Shown here piece after piece: positions 38,366-48,471 of a stretch of DNA of 64,000 bases. Source of the stretch: Pseudomonadales bacterium (lineage in GTDB: Bacteria > Pseudomonadota > Gammaproteobacteria > Pseudomonadales > Azotimanducaceae); the NCBI GenBank assembly GCA_016763855.1, contig JAESSY010000021.1:6988-70987 (forward strand), given 5' to 3'. Both the position numbers and the translations under genes were made by a program. Below the pieces are notes generated by a model that saw only the letters and a list, made by a program, of their open reading frames with translations, was not told the DNA's origin and did not search any database. How positions within the stretch are numbered: position 1 is the first letter of the stretch; each line of letters starts with the position of its first letter.

Positions 38366-38872
38366 ATGAAAGATAAAGAGGTATTCTACGCAAACTTGGT
38401 CGAGGCCTACAGCGGCTGGCTATATCGATATGCCTACTGGCTGTGTGGTGAAAAAGCGACTTCAGAAGATCTGGTTCAAGAGACCTATCTACGTGCATGG
38501 CGTTTTCTCGGTTCCCTTAAAGATGAAAAGTCTGCTAAAAGCTGGTTGACGACGATTCTAAGGCGTGAAAATGCAAGACGTTTTGAAAGAAAACAACTTG
38601 AGTATTCAGATGTTGAATTAGACACTCTTCCATCTGAAAGAGAAGACTTTGACACTCGACCAGAAATTCTTGCTCTGCGAAATGCACTACGACTTTTACC
38701 GGTCAAATATAGAGAACCACTCGTTCTACAAGTACTAGAGGGATTTAACCTTCAGGAAATTGCAGGTATTTTTGACATACCAAGAAATACAGTAGCAACC
38801 CGTTTACACAGAGCCCGGCAGAAATTAAGAAAACAATTGGAAGGCGAAGAGGAATTACAGAGCAAAAAATGA
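38366..38872 (+). CDS. ECF-type RNA polymerase sigma-70 family factor
   Basis: Region 2 (DLVQETYLRAWRF) and region 4 HTH (LQEIAGIFDIPRNTVATRLHRARQKLR). I prefer the ATG at 38366 (MKDKEVFYANL) over the TTG at 38297. Confidence 0.85.
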   Translation: MKDKEVFYANLVEAYSGWLYRYAYWLCGEKATSEDLVQETYLRAWRFLGSLKDEKSAKSWLTTILRRENARRFERKQLEYSDVELDTLPSEREDFDTRPEILALRNALRLLPVKYREPLVLQVLEGFNLQEIAGIFDIPRNTVATRLHRARQKLRKQLEGEEELQSKK

Positions 38873-39579
38873 ACTGTCTCGAATTTAGACAACTTAAACT
38901 GTGTGACCCCAATACAGAGGATGCAGAAGCAAACCGCCACCGTGATGTCTGTATCGCTTGCACGCAATTTGAACAAGAGATTTCAGGGCTTGACAAATCT
39001 ATCCATCAAGCTCTATCTGTTGCGGTACCTGAGGGTCTTGCGGCCAGAATTTTACTTAACCGTTCTCTAAAACAACCACAGCGTAAGCCCACGCGATGGT
39101 TATGGTTGAGTATGGCCGCGTCCTTTTTTGCGATTGTATCAGTATCGTATCAGTTTTATCAGGATACGCCCTTAGCCGAACCTGTACTTGCACATATCAA
39201 TCATAAACCTCATGAGTTTTATGGCGCGGAACATCGTGCTATAGGAAATGAACAACTACAAAGTGTTCTGGATAGATTTGGTATCGAAACCAATATCGAA
39301 AATGTGGTTTACGCTGCAGTTTGCCCCGTTGATGGGGATGAAGTTGCTCATATAGTGATCAAAGATGGCAAGGATCAATATACGGTGATGCTACTGCCAC
39401 AGTATTCACCCACCAAGACCTATGACATTGATGATGGTATGTGGCGAGGATACATTAGTCCGCACCCAGCTGGTGCAATTGCAGTAATTGCAGATTCAAA
39501 CCATACCCATGCTGTTGCGCGACTCAAGGAAGTAAAAGGTAAATATTGGTCAGCATTTAATCTAGTTGCAGGAATATAA
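38869..39579 (+). CDS. Putative anti-sigma factor (DUF3379-like), single TM
   Basis: Overlaps the sigma gene by 4 nt. N-terminal Cys/His-containing segment (MNCLEFRQLKLCDP...HRDVCIACTQFEQE) and a central TM (WLWLSMAASFFAIVSVS). The family name is from memory. Confidence 0.6.
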   Translation: MNCLEFRQLKLCDPNTEDAEANRHRDVCIACTQFEQEISGLDKSIHQALSVAVPEGLAARILLNRSLKQPQRKPTRWLWLSMAASFFAIVSVSYQFYQDTPLAEPVLAHINHKPHEFYGAEHRAIGNEQLQSVLDRFGIETNIENVVYAAVCPVDGDEVAHIVIKDGKDQYTVMLLPQYSPTKTYDIDDGMWRGYISPHPAGAIAVIADSNHTHAVARLKEVKGKYWSAFNLVAGI

Positions 39580-39682
39580 ACCCCGCAGTGAAACTGCTTG
39601 TTCGATAATTAATCCGATTAGGGCAAATATTGTTTATACTTATTTATTAGGTTAGTTAATCCAATAATGAGTTAGGAGATTC

Positions 39683-41095
39683 GTGCCACAATCTGTTTTT
39701 CGACTGGGGGATATTCGTGGACGTTATCCAACAGAGATAAACGAGAACTTCGTGCGCTCTTTTGGCCCTCAATTTGTACTTCAATTTAAGTTGAGTGGAC
39801 GAATTGCAACGGGACGAGATACAAGAGATTCTAGCCTGGCATTACAAGAAACCCTCAACATCAGTCTCCGCCAGAGTGGCATTGATGTATTGAACCTTGG
39901 GATTTGCGCTACTGAACTCGGATCCTTTGCATCATTTCAAGCAGATATTGAAGCCGTCATTATCATTACAGCCAGCCACAATACGCCAGGATATAACGGT
40001 TTAAAGTGCATTCTAAAAAACGGCGAGGCCATTACCTACGAATCAGGTTTAAAGCACATAGAAAGTAGGATGAATGCACTAGAAGATTTTCCTGACCTAT
40101 CTGACATAGATATGCCCCTAAAAGGAAGCTTGAGCAATTTTGACTTAGTACCTGATTACGTTCACTTTTTAACAAACGGCCTTAATCACGAAAAATGGCA
40201 TCTTGGCAATTTGGCGCTCAACGGCCTTCATGGTACTGCCAGCACTTTAGCAGTACCGATAAGCAAACGCTGCGAACTTAATTCATTCTGGCATAAACAA
40301 GAACCCGGCACGCTGGATTCTCTTGGTGTCGATCCAAGTCATCCGAAGCATGCTGCAGATATGAAGCAATTTATGGCTTCTCGTGATTTCGAGCTTGGTG
40401 TTGCCTGGGATGGTGACAGTGATCGTTGTGCCATCTTTGATGAAGCCGGTAATTTAATCCCTAGTTATTACATGGTCGGTATTTTTACAGAGTATTTCTT
40501 ACAACAAAATCCAGGAGCAGCGATTGTTTTCGACACAAAGCTTTGCTGGAACACACTCGATATCATTCAGCAATATAATGGCAAAGCAGTTCCGTCACAA
40601 ACCGGCCACGCTTTTGTCATACGCCAAATGAAAAGACACAATGCCGTATATGGAGGCGAGCTCTCGGGCCATCATTATTTTGGTGAATTTAATGGATGTG
40701 ATTCAGGTATGTTGGCCTGGCTTATGACACTGGTCATCGTCCAATCTACCACATGCCCCTTAGAAGAGTTGGTGGATACCATGAGGAAATCCGTAAAGTG
40801 TACTCAAGAAATCAGCCTCTCTTTACAGGACGATTATCAGGCAATAGATCAAATCATGAATATTTATGGTCCCCAAGCAAAGAAAATTGATGCGCTAGAC
40901 GGCATTAGCCTTGAGATGTCAGGTGACTGGCGTTTTTCACTTCGAAACTCCAAGACAGAAACGAAACTTCGACTTAACTTGGAAACGAGATCGAGTGGCG
41001 ATGCACTAATTGATGAAGGTGAAAAAATCATAAAGATATTGAAACCTTTTATGTTGGATGATCAAGGCTGGAGTGGCCAATTTATCCTGCAGTAG
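39683..41095 (+). CDS. Phosphomannomutase / phosphoglucomutase (alpha-D-phosphohexomutase)
   Basis: Active-site Ser loop TASHNTPGYNGLK, Mg loop WDGDSDRCAIFD, sugar loop GGELSGHHYF. GTG start. Confidence 0.85.
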   Translation: MPQSVFRLGDIRGRYPTEINENFVRSFGPQFVLQFKLSGRIATGRDTRDSSLALQETLNISLRQSGIDVLNLGICATELGSFASFQADIEAVIIITASHNTPGYNGLKCILKNGEAITYESGLKHIESRMNALEDFPDLSDIDMPLKGSLSNFDLVPDYVHFLTNGLNHEKWHLGNLALNGLHGTASTLAVPISKRCELNSFWHKQEPGTLDSLGVDPSHPKHAADMKQFMASRDFELGVAWDGDSDRCAIFDEAGNLIPSYYMVGIFTEYFLQQNPGAAIVFDTKLCWNTLDIIQQYNGKAVPSQTGHAFVIRQMKRHNAVYGGELSGHHYFGEFNGCDSGMLAWLMTLVIVQSTTCPLEELVDTMRKSVKCTQEISLSLQDDYQAIDQIMNIYGPQAKKIDALDGISLEMSGDWRFSLRNSKTETKLRLNLETRSSGDALIDEGEKIIKILKPFMLDDQGWSGQFILQ

Positions 41096-41097
41096 AA

Positions 41098-42162
41098 TTA
41101 TTTTTCATTTTGAATCGGGAGTAGCATCTCACCCGCAGTGAGTCCAGATATTACTTCGTACTGATCATCAGGAAATGATCTTCCCAGCTTTATGAATCGC
41201 CTTTCACTGATACTATTTTCGACAACCCAAACGATATTTAGTTGGCCTACCCTAGCAATTCGATTACCTGGAATTAGAATTAATTCGCTCATCTGTAACG
41301 GTATCATTAATTTGGCATATACACCCGGCCGTAAAGCCCTATTGGCTACTAATCGACTCTTTATTAGGAAACTACGAGAAGCAGTATTAGCAGCGGGTAC
41401 TATTTCTTCAATTTCAGCATCTAAACGTATCTTTAAGGATGGGATAATAACTTCTAGTGCTTGCCCAAGCTTCAAAGCCAATGCTAACTTTTCTCTTACA
41501 TTCGCTTCCACCCTGAGTGTCAAAGGATTGTAGATAGACAAAAGATTCAACCCAGGTTGTGCTGTATCGCCAGGTTCCACAAATCGATCAACCACCACAC
41601 CATCAATGGGTGCCATTATCGTGGCATAGGATTCTGTTGATTGCGCTTCAATCAATCTTTCCTCGGCCTGTGCGAGTTCAGCTTGCAGCGCATCACGGCT
41701 TGCTTGTGCTCTATCTAGGTCAACTTTAGCCAGCAATTTTCTCTCTATCAGGTTAATCGCCCTCGTTAGATTTAATTCAGCTTCTTTCAGCCGCGCTTCT
41801 ACAGAGTTTATGGAAGCACTGGCCTGAGCAGTACGTGATTCAAGATCTGCACTCTCCATTTGCAAGAGCACTTGCCCTTTGATCACCTTGTCTCCTGCCC
41901 GAACATTAACCTCATTAATGCCTGCTAGAAGCCTAGAGGAGATAACGGTTGCTTGCTTAGCCTTTATTGTTGCGGGAACAGACTCCCAGTCCTGAAAGGA
42001 TGTCAGGTTAACTTGGTGTAGCTCAAGCGATGAATTTACTTCAGGGCTTTCACTACCTGGCATTATCTTGTTTTTGAAGGCACCTGCATACCATGCCACA
42101 ACGATGAGCAAGCCAAAAACCGCTGCTATAGGGATAAGAGATTTTCTCGTCATTAATTTCAT
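41098..42162 (-). CDS. RND efflux periplasmic adaptor (HlyD/MFP family)
   Basis: N-terminal TM, a coiled-coil hairpin region (EARLKEAELNL...AELAQAEERLIEAQ) and barrel domains. Overlaps the RND pump gene by 4 nt. Confidence 0.85.
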   Translation of the reverse strand: MKLMTRKSLIPIAAVFGLLIVVAWYAGAFKNKIMPGSESPEVNSSLELHQVNLTSFQDWESVPATIKAKQATVISSRLLAGINEVNVRAGDKVIKGQVLLQMESADLESRTAQASASINSVEARLKEAELNLTRAINLIERKLLAKVDLDRAQASRDALQAELAQAEERLIEAQSTESYATIMAPIDGVVVDRFVEPGDTAQPGLNLLSIYNPLTLRVEANVREKLALALKLGQALEVIIPSLKIRLDAEIEEIVPAANTASRSFLIKSRLVANRALRPGVYAKLMIPLQMSELILIPGNRIARVGQLNIVWVVENSISERRFIKLGRSFPDDQYEVISGLTAGEMLLPIQNEK

Positions 42163-45100
42163 ATATCACTATTTAGGTTAGTCTGCACATCATCAAAAAC
42201 CAACAAATATACTATTGGCACAACTAATAAAGTAAAAAGGGTCGAAGCAATAATCCCAAAAATAATCGCAATCGCTAATCCACTAAAAACAGGATCTAAT
42301 GTAATGACCAAATTCCCGAGTAGGGTTGTTCCCGCTGTCAGTAATATAGGGCGCATGCGAATGGCGCCTGCTTGAACCAATGCTTCTTTTATGGGTGACC
42401 CTTCACGCCTTTGTTGCTCAATGAACTCTACCAGTATGAGTGAGTTTCTAACGACAATACCTGCTAACGCAATCATGCCAATCATTGCTGTCGCTGTAAA
42501 AAGTGTTGGATCAGGAATCCCTGCAATTTCTCTTTCGCCAAATTGATTAAGCAATAGGAATCCTGGCATGATGCCAATAACCGTAAGTGGTATGGCAGAC
42601 ATGATAATCAATGACAGCGCACTAGACGATGTTTGATAATTCAGAACAACAAATATGCCTATCAAGGCAAATACAAATGCAAGCCCCATATCACGAAATA
42701 CATCAATCGTAATTTTCCATTCACCCTCTCCATTCCAAACAACCGTAATATCAGAAGGAAGAGACCATATTTCACCACCACCAGGGCTTAAAAATGTTCG
42801 TTCATCCCATGGCGTTTTTTTGTTGTCATTAAGCTTGCCGTAATCGCTGTGTACATCGGCAATGATTTCAGCTGGTGTTCGACCAGAAACTTCTGCCATC
42901 ACATAGACGACAGGTTTTAGGTCTTTACGATAGATGGTTTTCTCCCCATCTAGTGCGACAAACTCCCCTAGTTCACCGAGAGAAACCAAGGGCAAAGGCG
43001 CGTCTTCTAAACCTTGAATACTACTTTTTTGTGCGATCCCTTCCCGTCCTTTAATTTGCAACGAATGGAAACCAGTTAAGGAAGCGCGTTCTGATAATGG
43101 CAGTCTTATATTAAGAGGTAGTGGTCTCGCTTCTCGCTCAAATTGAATAAATCCGACCTGGTATCCAGCATTGGCAATAAGCAAGGTCTGATTGACATCT
43201 TCCGTTGATATACCAGACAGAGCCGCTTTCTGCTTGTCGACGACAAATCGAAAACGCTTATGATCACTTTCAATACTGACATCCACCTCAGTAACAAAAG
43301 CTTCTTGCTCTAACCTCTTCTTTAACAATTGTGCACTCGAACGCAAACTTGAATAAGGGGTTAGTTTTGAACCGTATACTTCTGCTACGAGTGTACTCAT
43401 AACGGGTGGGCCAGCAGGTGTTTCTACAATTTTGATAACGACATCATCTTGTACCAACGGTTTCAACAGTGACTGTAAACGAAGCGCAATACCATGGGAG
43501 TGGTGTTGTCGAAGTTCTTTATCCACAAGCAATATCCTAAGGTCTGCTAAATTCTGACTTTTGCGATGATAATATTGTCGTACCATTCCGTTAAAGTCTA
43601 TCGGAGACGGTTCGCCTACATAGGCTGAAACAGATTGCACCTCATTAAGTTGAAGTATGATTTCTGAAGCCTTTTTGACGACGCTAGCAGTCATTTCAAG
43701 CGTAGCGGACTCAGGCAAATCAATGACGACTTGAAGTTCATTCTTATTGTCATAAGGCAACAATTTAATCGGAACGAGCCGAAGCACGGGTAACACAGCC
43801 GTCACCAAAAACAGTCCTAGCACCAACATGAGCAAATATTTCGATTTTTTTCGACTATTGAGGAAATATTCAAGCACACGTTTATAGGTTCTTAGTAAAG
43901 TCGATTCCTTTTTAGCTTTACGAACCTTTTCATTTCGTAGTATATTTTTTGCTAACCACGGTGTGACCATAAATGCCACAACCGTACTAACCATCACACT
44001 CACTGGTACATTAAATGCCATTGGTGCCATATAGGGCCCCATCATCCCAGTAATAAACGCCAAGGGAATAAACGCGAGAATGATTGTGATCGTAGACATA
44101 ATCAGCGGCACTTTTAGCTCAGAAATCGCGGCTACTATCTTATCCTGAGCTGTTCCAGTTTTTTCTCGATAAAAACGCTCAATGTTATCTACACCCGTTA
44201 TTGGGTCGTCAACTAGCAAACCCAAAGATAGGATAAGTGCAAAGAGCGTGACTCGGTTAATGGTATAACCGAATGCCATATCCAGCGCTAGAGTAATACC
44301 GTAACTGATGGGAACTGCTATCCCAATCACCAATGCCGGGCGCCATCCCAAAAAAATCGCCACAAAAATAATGACAGTCAGAACAGCGAATACCAAACTC
44401 GATGTAAGGTTATTAACCTTTTGGTTTGCGGTTTCACCATAATCTCTAATGACTTCTACGTGAATATTCTTTGAAAATAAATTCTTTTGTAATTCCCCTA
44501 AGACACTATGTACATCTCTGGCAACGCTTACGGCATTACTACCAGGTTGCTTTGCGACACTTATAGTTACCATTGGAAAACTTTGCCCATTTTTAAAGTT
44601 TGGATGACGAGCTGAAAAGTCAATCCATGTGTAACTACTAGCTTCATCAGGGCCATCGACAACATCTGCTACATCTTGTAACAAAACCGGCACGCCATTT
44701 ACAACATTCACTACGGTCTGTTTAAGCTCTAAAATATCTAGAATAAAACCTCCGCTCTCCAAAATAATAGTTTCATTATTCAAAGACCAATCACCCACCC
44801 TTTGGAGTAAATTGCTTACTTGAAGTGCGTGCACAATATCGATACTTGAACTCTGACGAGCGGATAAGCTTTCCGGCTTGAGTAGAATACGAACGGTGCG
44901 GGGTCGCCCACCAACAATGTTCACTTGACTGGTATTTTGAATTGCCTGCAAAGAAGTTGCGATTTCGTCAGCTATTCGCCTAAGCTCATAATCACTGGCG
45001 ATTTTCGGATCATCACTCCAAAGCCCGAGTAAGAGAATGGGCACGTCGTCAACTTCAATGGGTTTAACAATCCAATCCACTACAACATTGGGTACTCTAT

Positions 45101-45467
45101 CTTTATTAGAGAGCAATTTATTGTAGGTGTTGAGAATCGCGTCCTCTCGATTTTCACCGACATAAAACCTTAAGGTGACATTCGTTTGTCCTGGCTTAGA
45201 GCTAGAATAAACATTTTCAACTCCCGGAATCTGAGCAAGTAATTTTTCTATTGGAATAGTGACTTGTCGTTCAACTTGTTGTGCAGATAATCCTGGGGAA
45301 AAGACCGAAATATCGACCATAGGGACGACTATCTGAGGTTCTTCTTCTCTAGCGGTGAAATTGAGCGCGAATAGTCCGAGCAAAACTGAAATACAGAATA
45401 GAACAATAGGTAAACCGCCGGACAAACTATAGGCTACTAGCCTGTCAATTGGATGGTTCAACTGCAT
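42159..45467 (-). CDS. RND family efflux transporter permease (AcrB/CzcA superfamily)
   Basis: 1102 aa with the 12-TM pattern and two large periplasmic loops typical of RND pumps. No outer-membrane factor gene is adjacent. Confidence 0.9.
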   Translation of the reverse strand: MQLNHPIDRLVAYSLSGGLPIVLFCISVLLGLFALNFTAREEEPQIVVPMVDISVFSPGLSAQQVERQVTIPIEKLLAQIPGVENVYSSSKPGQTNVTLRFYVGENREDAILNTYNKLLSNKDRVPNVVVDWIVKPIEVDDVPILLLGLWSDDPKIASDYELRRIADEIATSLQAIQNTSQVNIVGGRPRTVRILLKPESLSARQSSSIDIVHALQVSNLLQRVGDWSLNNETIILESGGFILDILELKQTVVNVVNGVPVLLQDVADVVDGPDEASSYTWIDFSARHPNFKNGQSFPMVTISVAKQPGSNAVSVARDVHSVLGELQKNLFSKNIHVEVIRDYGETANQKVNNLTSSLVFAVLTVIIFVAIFLGWRPALVIGIAVPISYGITLALDMAFGYTINRVTLFALILSLGLLVDDPITGVDNIERFYREKTGTAQDKIVAAISELKVPLIMSTITIILAFIPLAFITGMMGPYMAPMAFNVPVSVMVSTVVAFMVTPWLAKNILRNEKVRKAKKESTLLRTYKRVLEYFLNSRKKSKYLLMLVLGLFLVTAVLPVLRLVPIKLLPYDNKNELQVVIDLPESATLEMTASVVKKASEIILQLNEVQSVSAYVGEPSPIDFNGMVRQYYHRKSQNLADLRILLVDKELRQHHSHGIALRLQSLLKPLVQDDVVIKIVETPAGPPVMSTLVAEVYGSKLTPYSSLRSSAQLLKKRLEQEAFVTEVDVSIESDHKRFRFVVDKQKAALSGISTEDVNQTLLIANAGYQVGFIQFEREARPLPLNIRLPLSERASLTGFHSLQIKGREGIAQKSSIQGLEDAPLPLVSLGELGEFVALDGEKTIYRKDLKPVVYVMAEVSGRTPAEIIADVHSDYGKLNDNKKTPWDERTFLSPGGGEIWSLPSDITVVWNGEGEWKITIDVFRDMGLAFVFALIGIFVVLNYQTSSSALSLIIMSAIPLTVIGIMPGFLLLNQFGEREIAGIPDPTLFTATAMIGMIALAGIVVRNSLILVEFIEQQRREGSPIKEALVQAGAIRMRPILLTAGTTLLGNLVITLDPVFSGLAIAIIFGIIASTLFTLLVVPIVYLLVFDDVQTNLNSDI

Positions 45468-45589
45468 TTTTGTTTCTCGAGATTAAATCTAAGCAAGCAT
45501 AGAAGAAATGTATTCGAAATGCACCATACAAGAAAGTCATGTAGAAAGTTAAGGTAATCCAGATCGAATAGAACCACGGTTATCTTTGA

Positions 45590-46243
45590 TCATGATCTCA
45601 TCCTCATGACAGTTCGAAAAGTTAAGTTAATGCGGGGTGTCATTCCCTTCGTTCTTTTTGGAATCTGGTGCTGCCAATGTCTTTGAGTACTACCTGACAT
45701 TATCAATAAACTCCCGTTGGGTAAGATCATTGAATGACGCAGGTTACTGATCTTTTTATGCTTTAACTGAAACTCTCGTTCCTGACCAAAACTAATAGAG
45801 GCAATAGTCGGTGCTCGACCTAGTTCAGGTTCATCATCACTGTGCCAAGCTACGCCATCTTTTTCATCTCTGTACAGATTCAAAAGAACACTGTTAATTT
45901 TTGTGTCTATATGGGGTTGAATTCGTTTTTTAATTTGCAGTAAATCCTCTGACCACTTTATTGCATTCTTTCTGATACCGGAAAATTCATATTGTAAATT
46001 GTGAGCGCTATCACCATACCAAGCCATGAGGCGAGGTAATTTATGAATTCTACCGTACATTTTCATTTCTTCCTGACACCAGTCAATTTCTGCTAGTAGC
46101 ATGTTAAAGAAATGATCCGATTCATTAGCCGAAAAGAAATTTGGAAACAAGCGCACTTCCGCATCTTGGAGTTTCAAGGATTGGTATGCTGCGGAAGAAT
46201 AATCTAGATCTACAAACAAGTCAGTCATCATACCGACAATCAT
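45590..46243 (-). CDS. alkB: Alpha-ketoglutarate/Fe(II)-dependent dioxygenase AlkB
   Basis: HxD in AWHSDDE, second His in RHWQHQIP, and the 2OG-binding RINLTFR motif. Confidence 0.8.
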   Translation of the reverse strand: MIVGMMTDLFVDLDYSSAAYQSLKLQDAEVRLFPNFFSANESDHFFNMLLAEIDWCQEEMKMYGRIHKLPRLMAWYGDSAHNLQYEFSGIRKNAIKWSEDLLQIKKRIQPHIDTKINSVLLNLYRDEKDGVAWHSDDEPELGRAPTIASISFGQEREFQLKHKKISNLRHSMILPNGSLLIMSGSTQRHWQHQIPKRTKGMTPRINLTFRTVMRMRS

Positions 46244-46282
46244 ATCGAATATGAGTAAAAAGAACAGCTGCGCCCAATGAGT

Positions 46283-47536
46283 TTAAAAACGATTGGCACG
46301 ATAGGGTTTTATATCGATTGAGCTTGATCCCGTATTCAGAAGATCAGCTATTAACAATCCCGTTACCGCTCCGAGCGTCATACCTAAATGATGATGTCCA
46401 AAGGCGTAAATAAGTTTGTGACTTCTCTTCGAAAAATCAATAACGGGTAGAGAATCTGGCAATGAGGGCCTACAGCCCATCCAAACAGACTCTTCTTTTA
46501 ACTCAATATCAGGGAGCATTCTTTTGACTTCAGGCATTAATCGACGAATGTGACTATAGTCCGCCATCCCTTCCACACCGGCAAATTCAATCTGACTAGT
46601 CATCCGAATACCTGCCTCCAACGGTGACAGCACGAAAGAAGATTCGCCATTCACCACCGGGCGATTCAATAACGACTTTGTAGCGACAGGAAACATCATA
46701 TGATAACCCCGCTCTGTATCGAGAGGAATGCTGTCTCCCATTTGTCGAGCCAGTTTTTTAGAAGCCGCTCCCGTTGCCAGCACGACCTTATCAGCTAACA
46801 ACTCCGCTCCTTGTCCTTTCAAGCTATGATGTGTTGGTGTTACTTGAATCTCTTCAACTGAAAATTTTTCAAATTTTCCACCCAGTTGTAAAAATTGCTC
46901 AACCAAGCCATCTACTAATCTGCCCGGATCAAGAATATTTAAACGGTCTTTTTGGAAAAAACCATAGTTAAATATTAGCGCTAAATTTGGCTCTAAATCT
47001 CGAATATCGTCACGGTCTAGAATTTCATATTGAGTGCCGATCTGAGTCATGAGTTCTCGTGCCCGAAGTGTCGAGTTAAAAGTATTTTTTGATTCATATA
47101 CTTTCAACCACCCCCCCTTTCCTAGCAAATCCTCAAGCGGCGTTTCATTGGTCAATTCCCTCCAGGCACTTACTGAATGTTTGCTTAATGCAAATAGATT
47201 CTCTGCATTCTGATGTGCCAGAGATATGCGACTCTCGTTCATAAATCGAATGAGCCAGGGCAATAACTTAGGTAAGTAAGAAGGACGAATTGAAAGCGGA
47301 TTATGAGGCTTAAATATCATCTTCAATACGTCGTTCAATATGCCAGGCATTGAAGTCGGTACACAAGAGCCATTTACAATGGCACCCGCATTACCAAATG
47401 AAGCACCGGCTGCAGGTTTATACCTGTCAACTAGCAATATCTGCTGCGCCTTTTTATGCAGTGCCTTTTGTTGAAGAGCTAAAGCCGTACAAACTCCTAT
47501 TACCCCTGCACCGATGACAACAACATCATGTTTCAT
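46283..47536 (-). CDS. FAD-dependent oxidoreductase (DAO / D-amino-acid dehydrogenase-like)
   Basis: N-terminal dinucleotide fold MKHDVVVIGAGVIGVCTALAL; 417 aa; C-terminal GHHHLGMTLG block. Confidence 0.8.
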   Translation of the reverse strand: MKHDVVVIGAGVIGVCTALALQQKALHKKAQQILLVDRYKPAAGASFGNAGAIVNGSCVPTSMPGILNDVLKMIFKPHNPLSIRPSYLPKLLPWLIRFMNESRISLAHQNAENLFALSKHSVSAWRELTNETPLEDLLGKGGWLKVYESKNTFNSTLRARELMTQIGTQYEILDRDDIRDLEPNLALIFNYGFFQKDRLNILDPGRLVDGLVEQFLQLGGKFEKFSVEEIQVTPTHHSLKGQGAELLADKVVLATGAASKKLARQMGDSIPLDTERGYHMMFPVATKSLLNRPVVNGESSFVLSPLEAGIRMTSQIEFAGVEGMADYSHIRRLMPEVKRMLPDIELKEESVWMGCRPSLPDSLPVIDFSKRSHKLIYAFGHHHLGMTLGAVTGLLIADLLNTGSSSIDIKPYRANRF

Positions 47537-48446
47537 TCGCTTCTCTTTTCACTTTGGACAAAGTGTAATCGGCAACCATGTTCGCCACATCAATACCGCA
47601 CCCTTCCTTCATACCTTTATAGGCACCGAAGGCTGAGACCTCAAATAAGACAGGTCCCAGTTCCTCGCTTATTGCAATATCTACACTTAAAAAATCCAAA
47701 TTAAATGCGTTATTTGCTTTCTGCCCCAAATCGATTAAATCTTGACCTGGATTGAACGCTTCATACCTGCGCCCATCTTTTGTTGTCGTGTGCCACTCAG
47801 TTCCGTCACTTACACGACTGTACGCTCCAATGTATTGGCTACCCATGAAAACCAAAGCATAATCCGAGCCTGTAAGATTTAGCTTTTGTTGCAAATAGAT
47901 AATTTTTTCTCCCTTACCAAGAAACTCATCAAGTACTTTTCTTGCGTTAATTTTGTCATCTAGTACGACCATACCTTCGGCCTTGGTGCTATATAATGGT
48001 TTCAAAACGGTTGGGCCGTGGTTCTGAATCCAGATAAGTGCATCATCAATATTCGAACCGATAAAGGTAGGGGGCATGGGTAAACCGTACTGATGTAAAC
48101 GGTTTGTACAACTTAAACGACTCATAACAAGTTTAAGCTTCAGTGGTGATGAAACAAACATCGTACCCTGTTGTTCTAACAATTCTAGTAATGCCAATTG
48201 ATCAAGCAAATTGGCATTATGTTCATTGCCCATTTTTTTAATAATAAAGGCATCGTAGCTGGACAGATCTAAGTTTGGATGAAGTACTTCGTTGTTCTTT
48301 AAATCATAGGATATTTCTTCAAGCTCTACAATATCTCCAGAAGCAGATTTATCAGCAAGAGCTTCACTCAAAATTTCCGTAGACCAGGCGTTTTTTCTAC
48401 CGATTATCGCAATACGCGGAGTTAGAGTACTTGAGTTAATCGTCAT
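47526..48446 (-). CDS. ATP-grasp ligase, RimK / glutathione-synthetase-like
   Basis: 306 aa with ATP-grasp style blocks (GPTVLKPLYSTKAEGMVVL, IIYLQQKL, DFLSVDIAISEELGPVLFEVSAF). Overlaps the downstream FAD oxidoreductase gene by 11 nt. Confidence 0.65.
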   Translation of the reverse strand: MTINSSTLTPRIAIIGRKNAWSTEILSEALADKSASGDIVELEEISYDLKNNEVLHPNLDLSSYDAFIIKKMGNEHNANLLDQLALLELLEQQGTMFVSSPLKLKLVMSRLSCTNRLHQYGLPMPPTFIGSNIDDALIWIQNHGPTVLKPLYSTKAEGMVVLDDKINARKVLDEFLGKGEKIIYLQQKLNLTGSDYALVFMGSQYIGAYSRVSDGTEWHTTTKDGRRYEAFNPGQDLIDLGQKANNAFNLDFLSVDIAISEELGPVLFEVSAFGAYKGMKEGCGIDVANMVADYTLSKVKREANET

Positions 48447-48471
48447 GAGCTATCGCTTATATATAGAGTTT

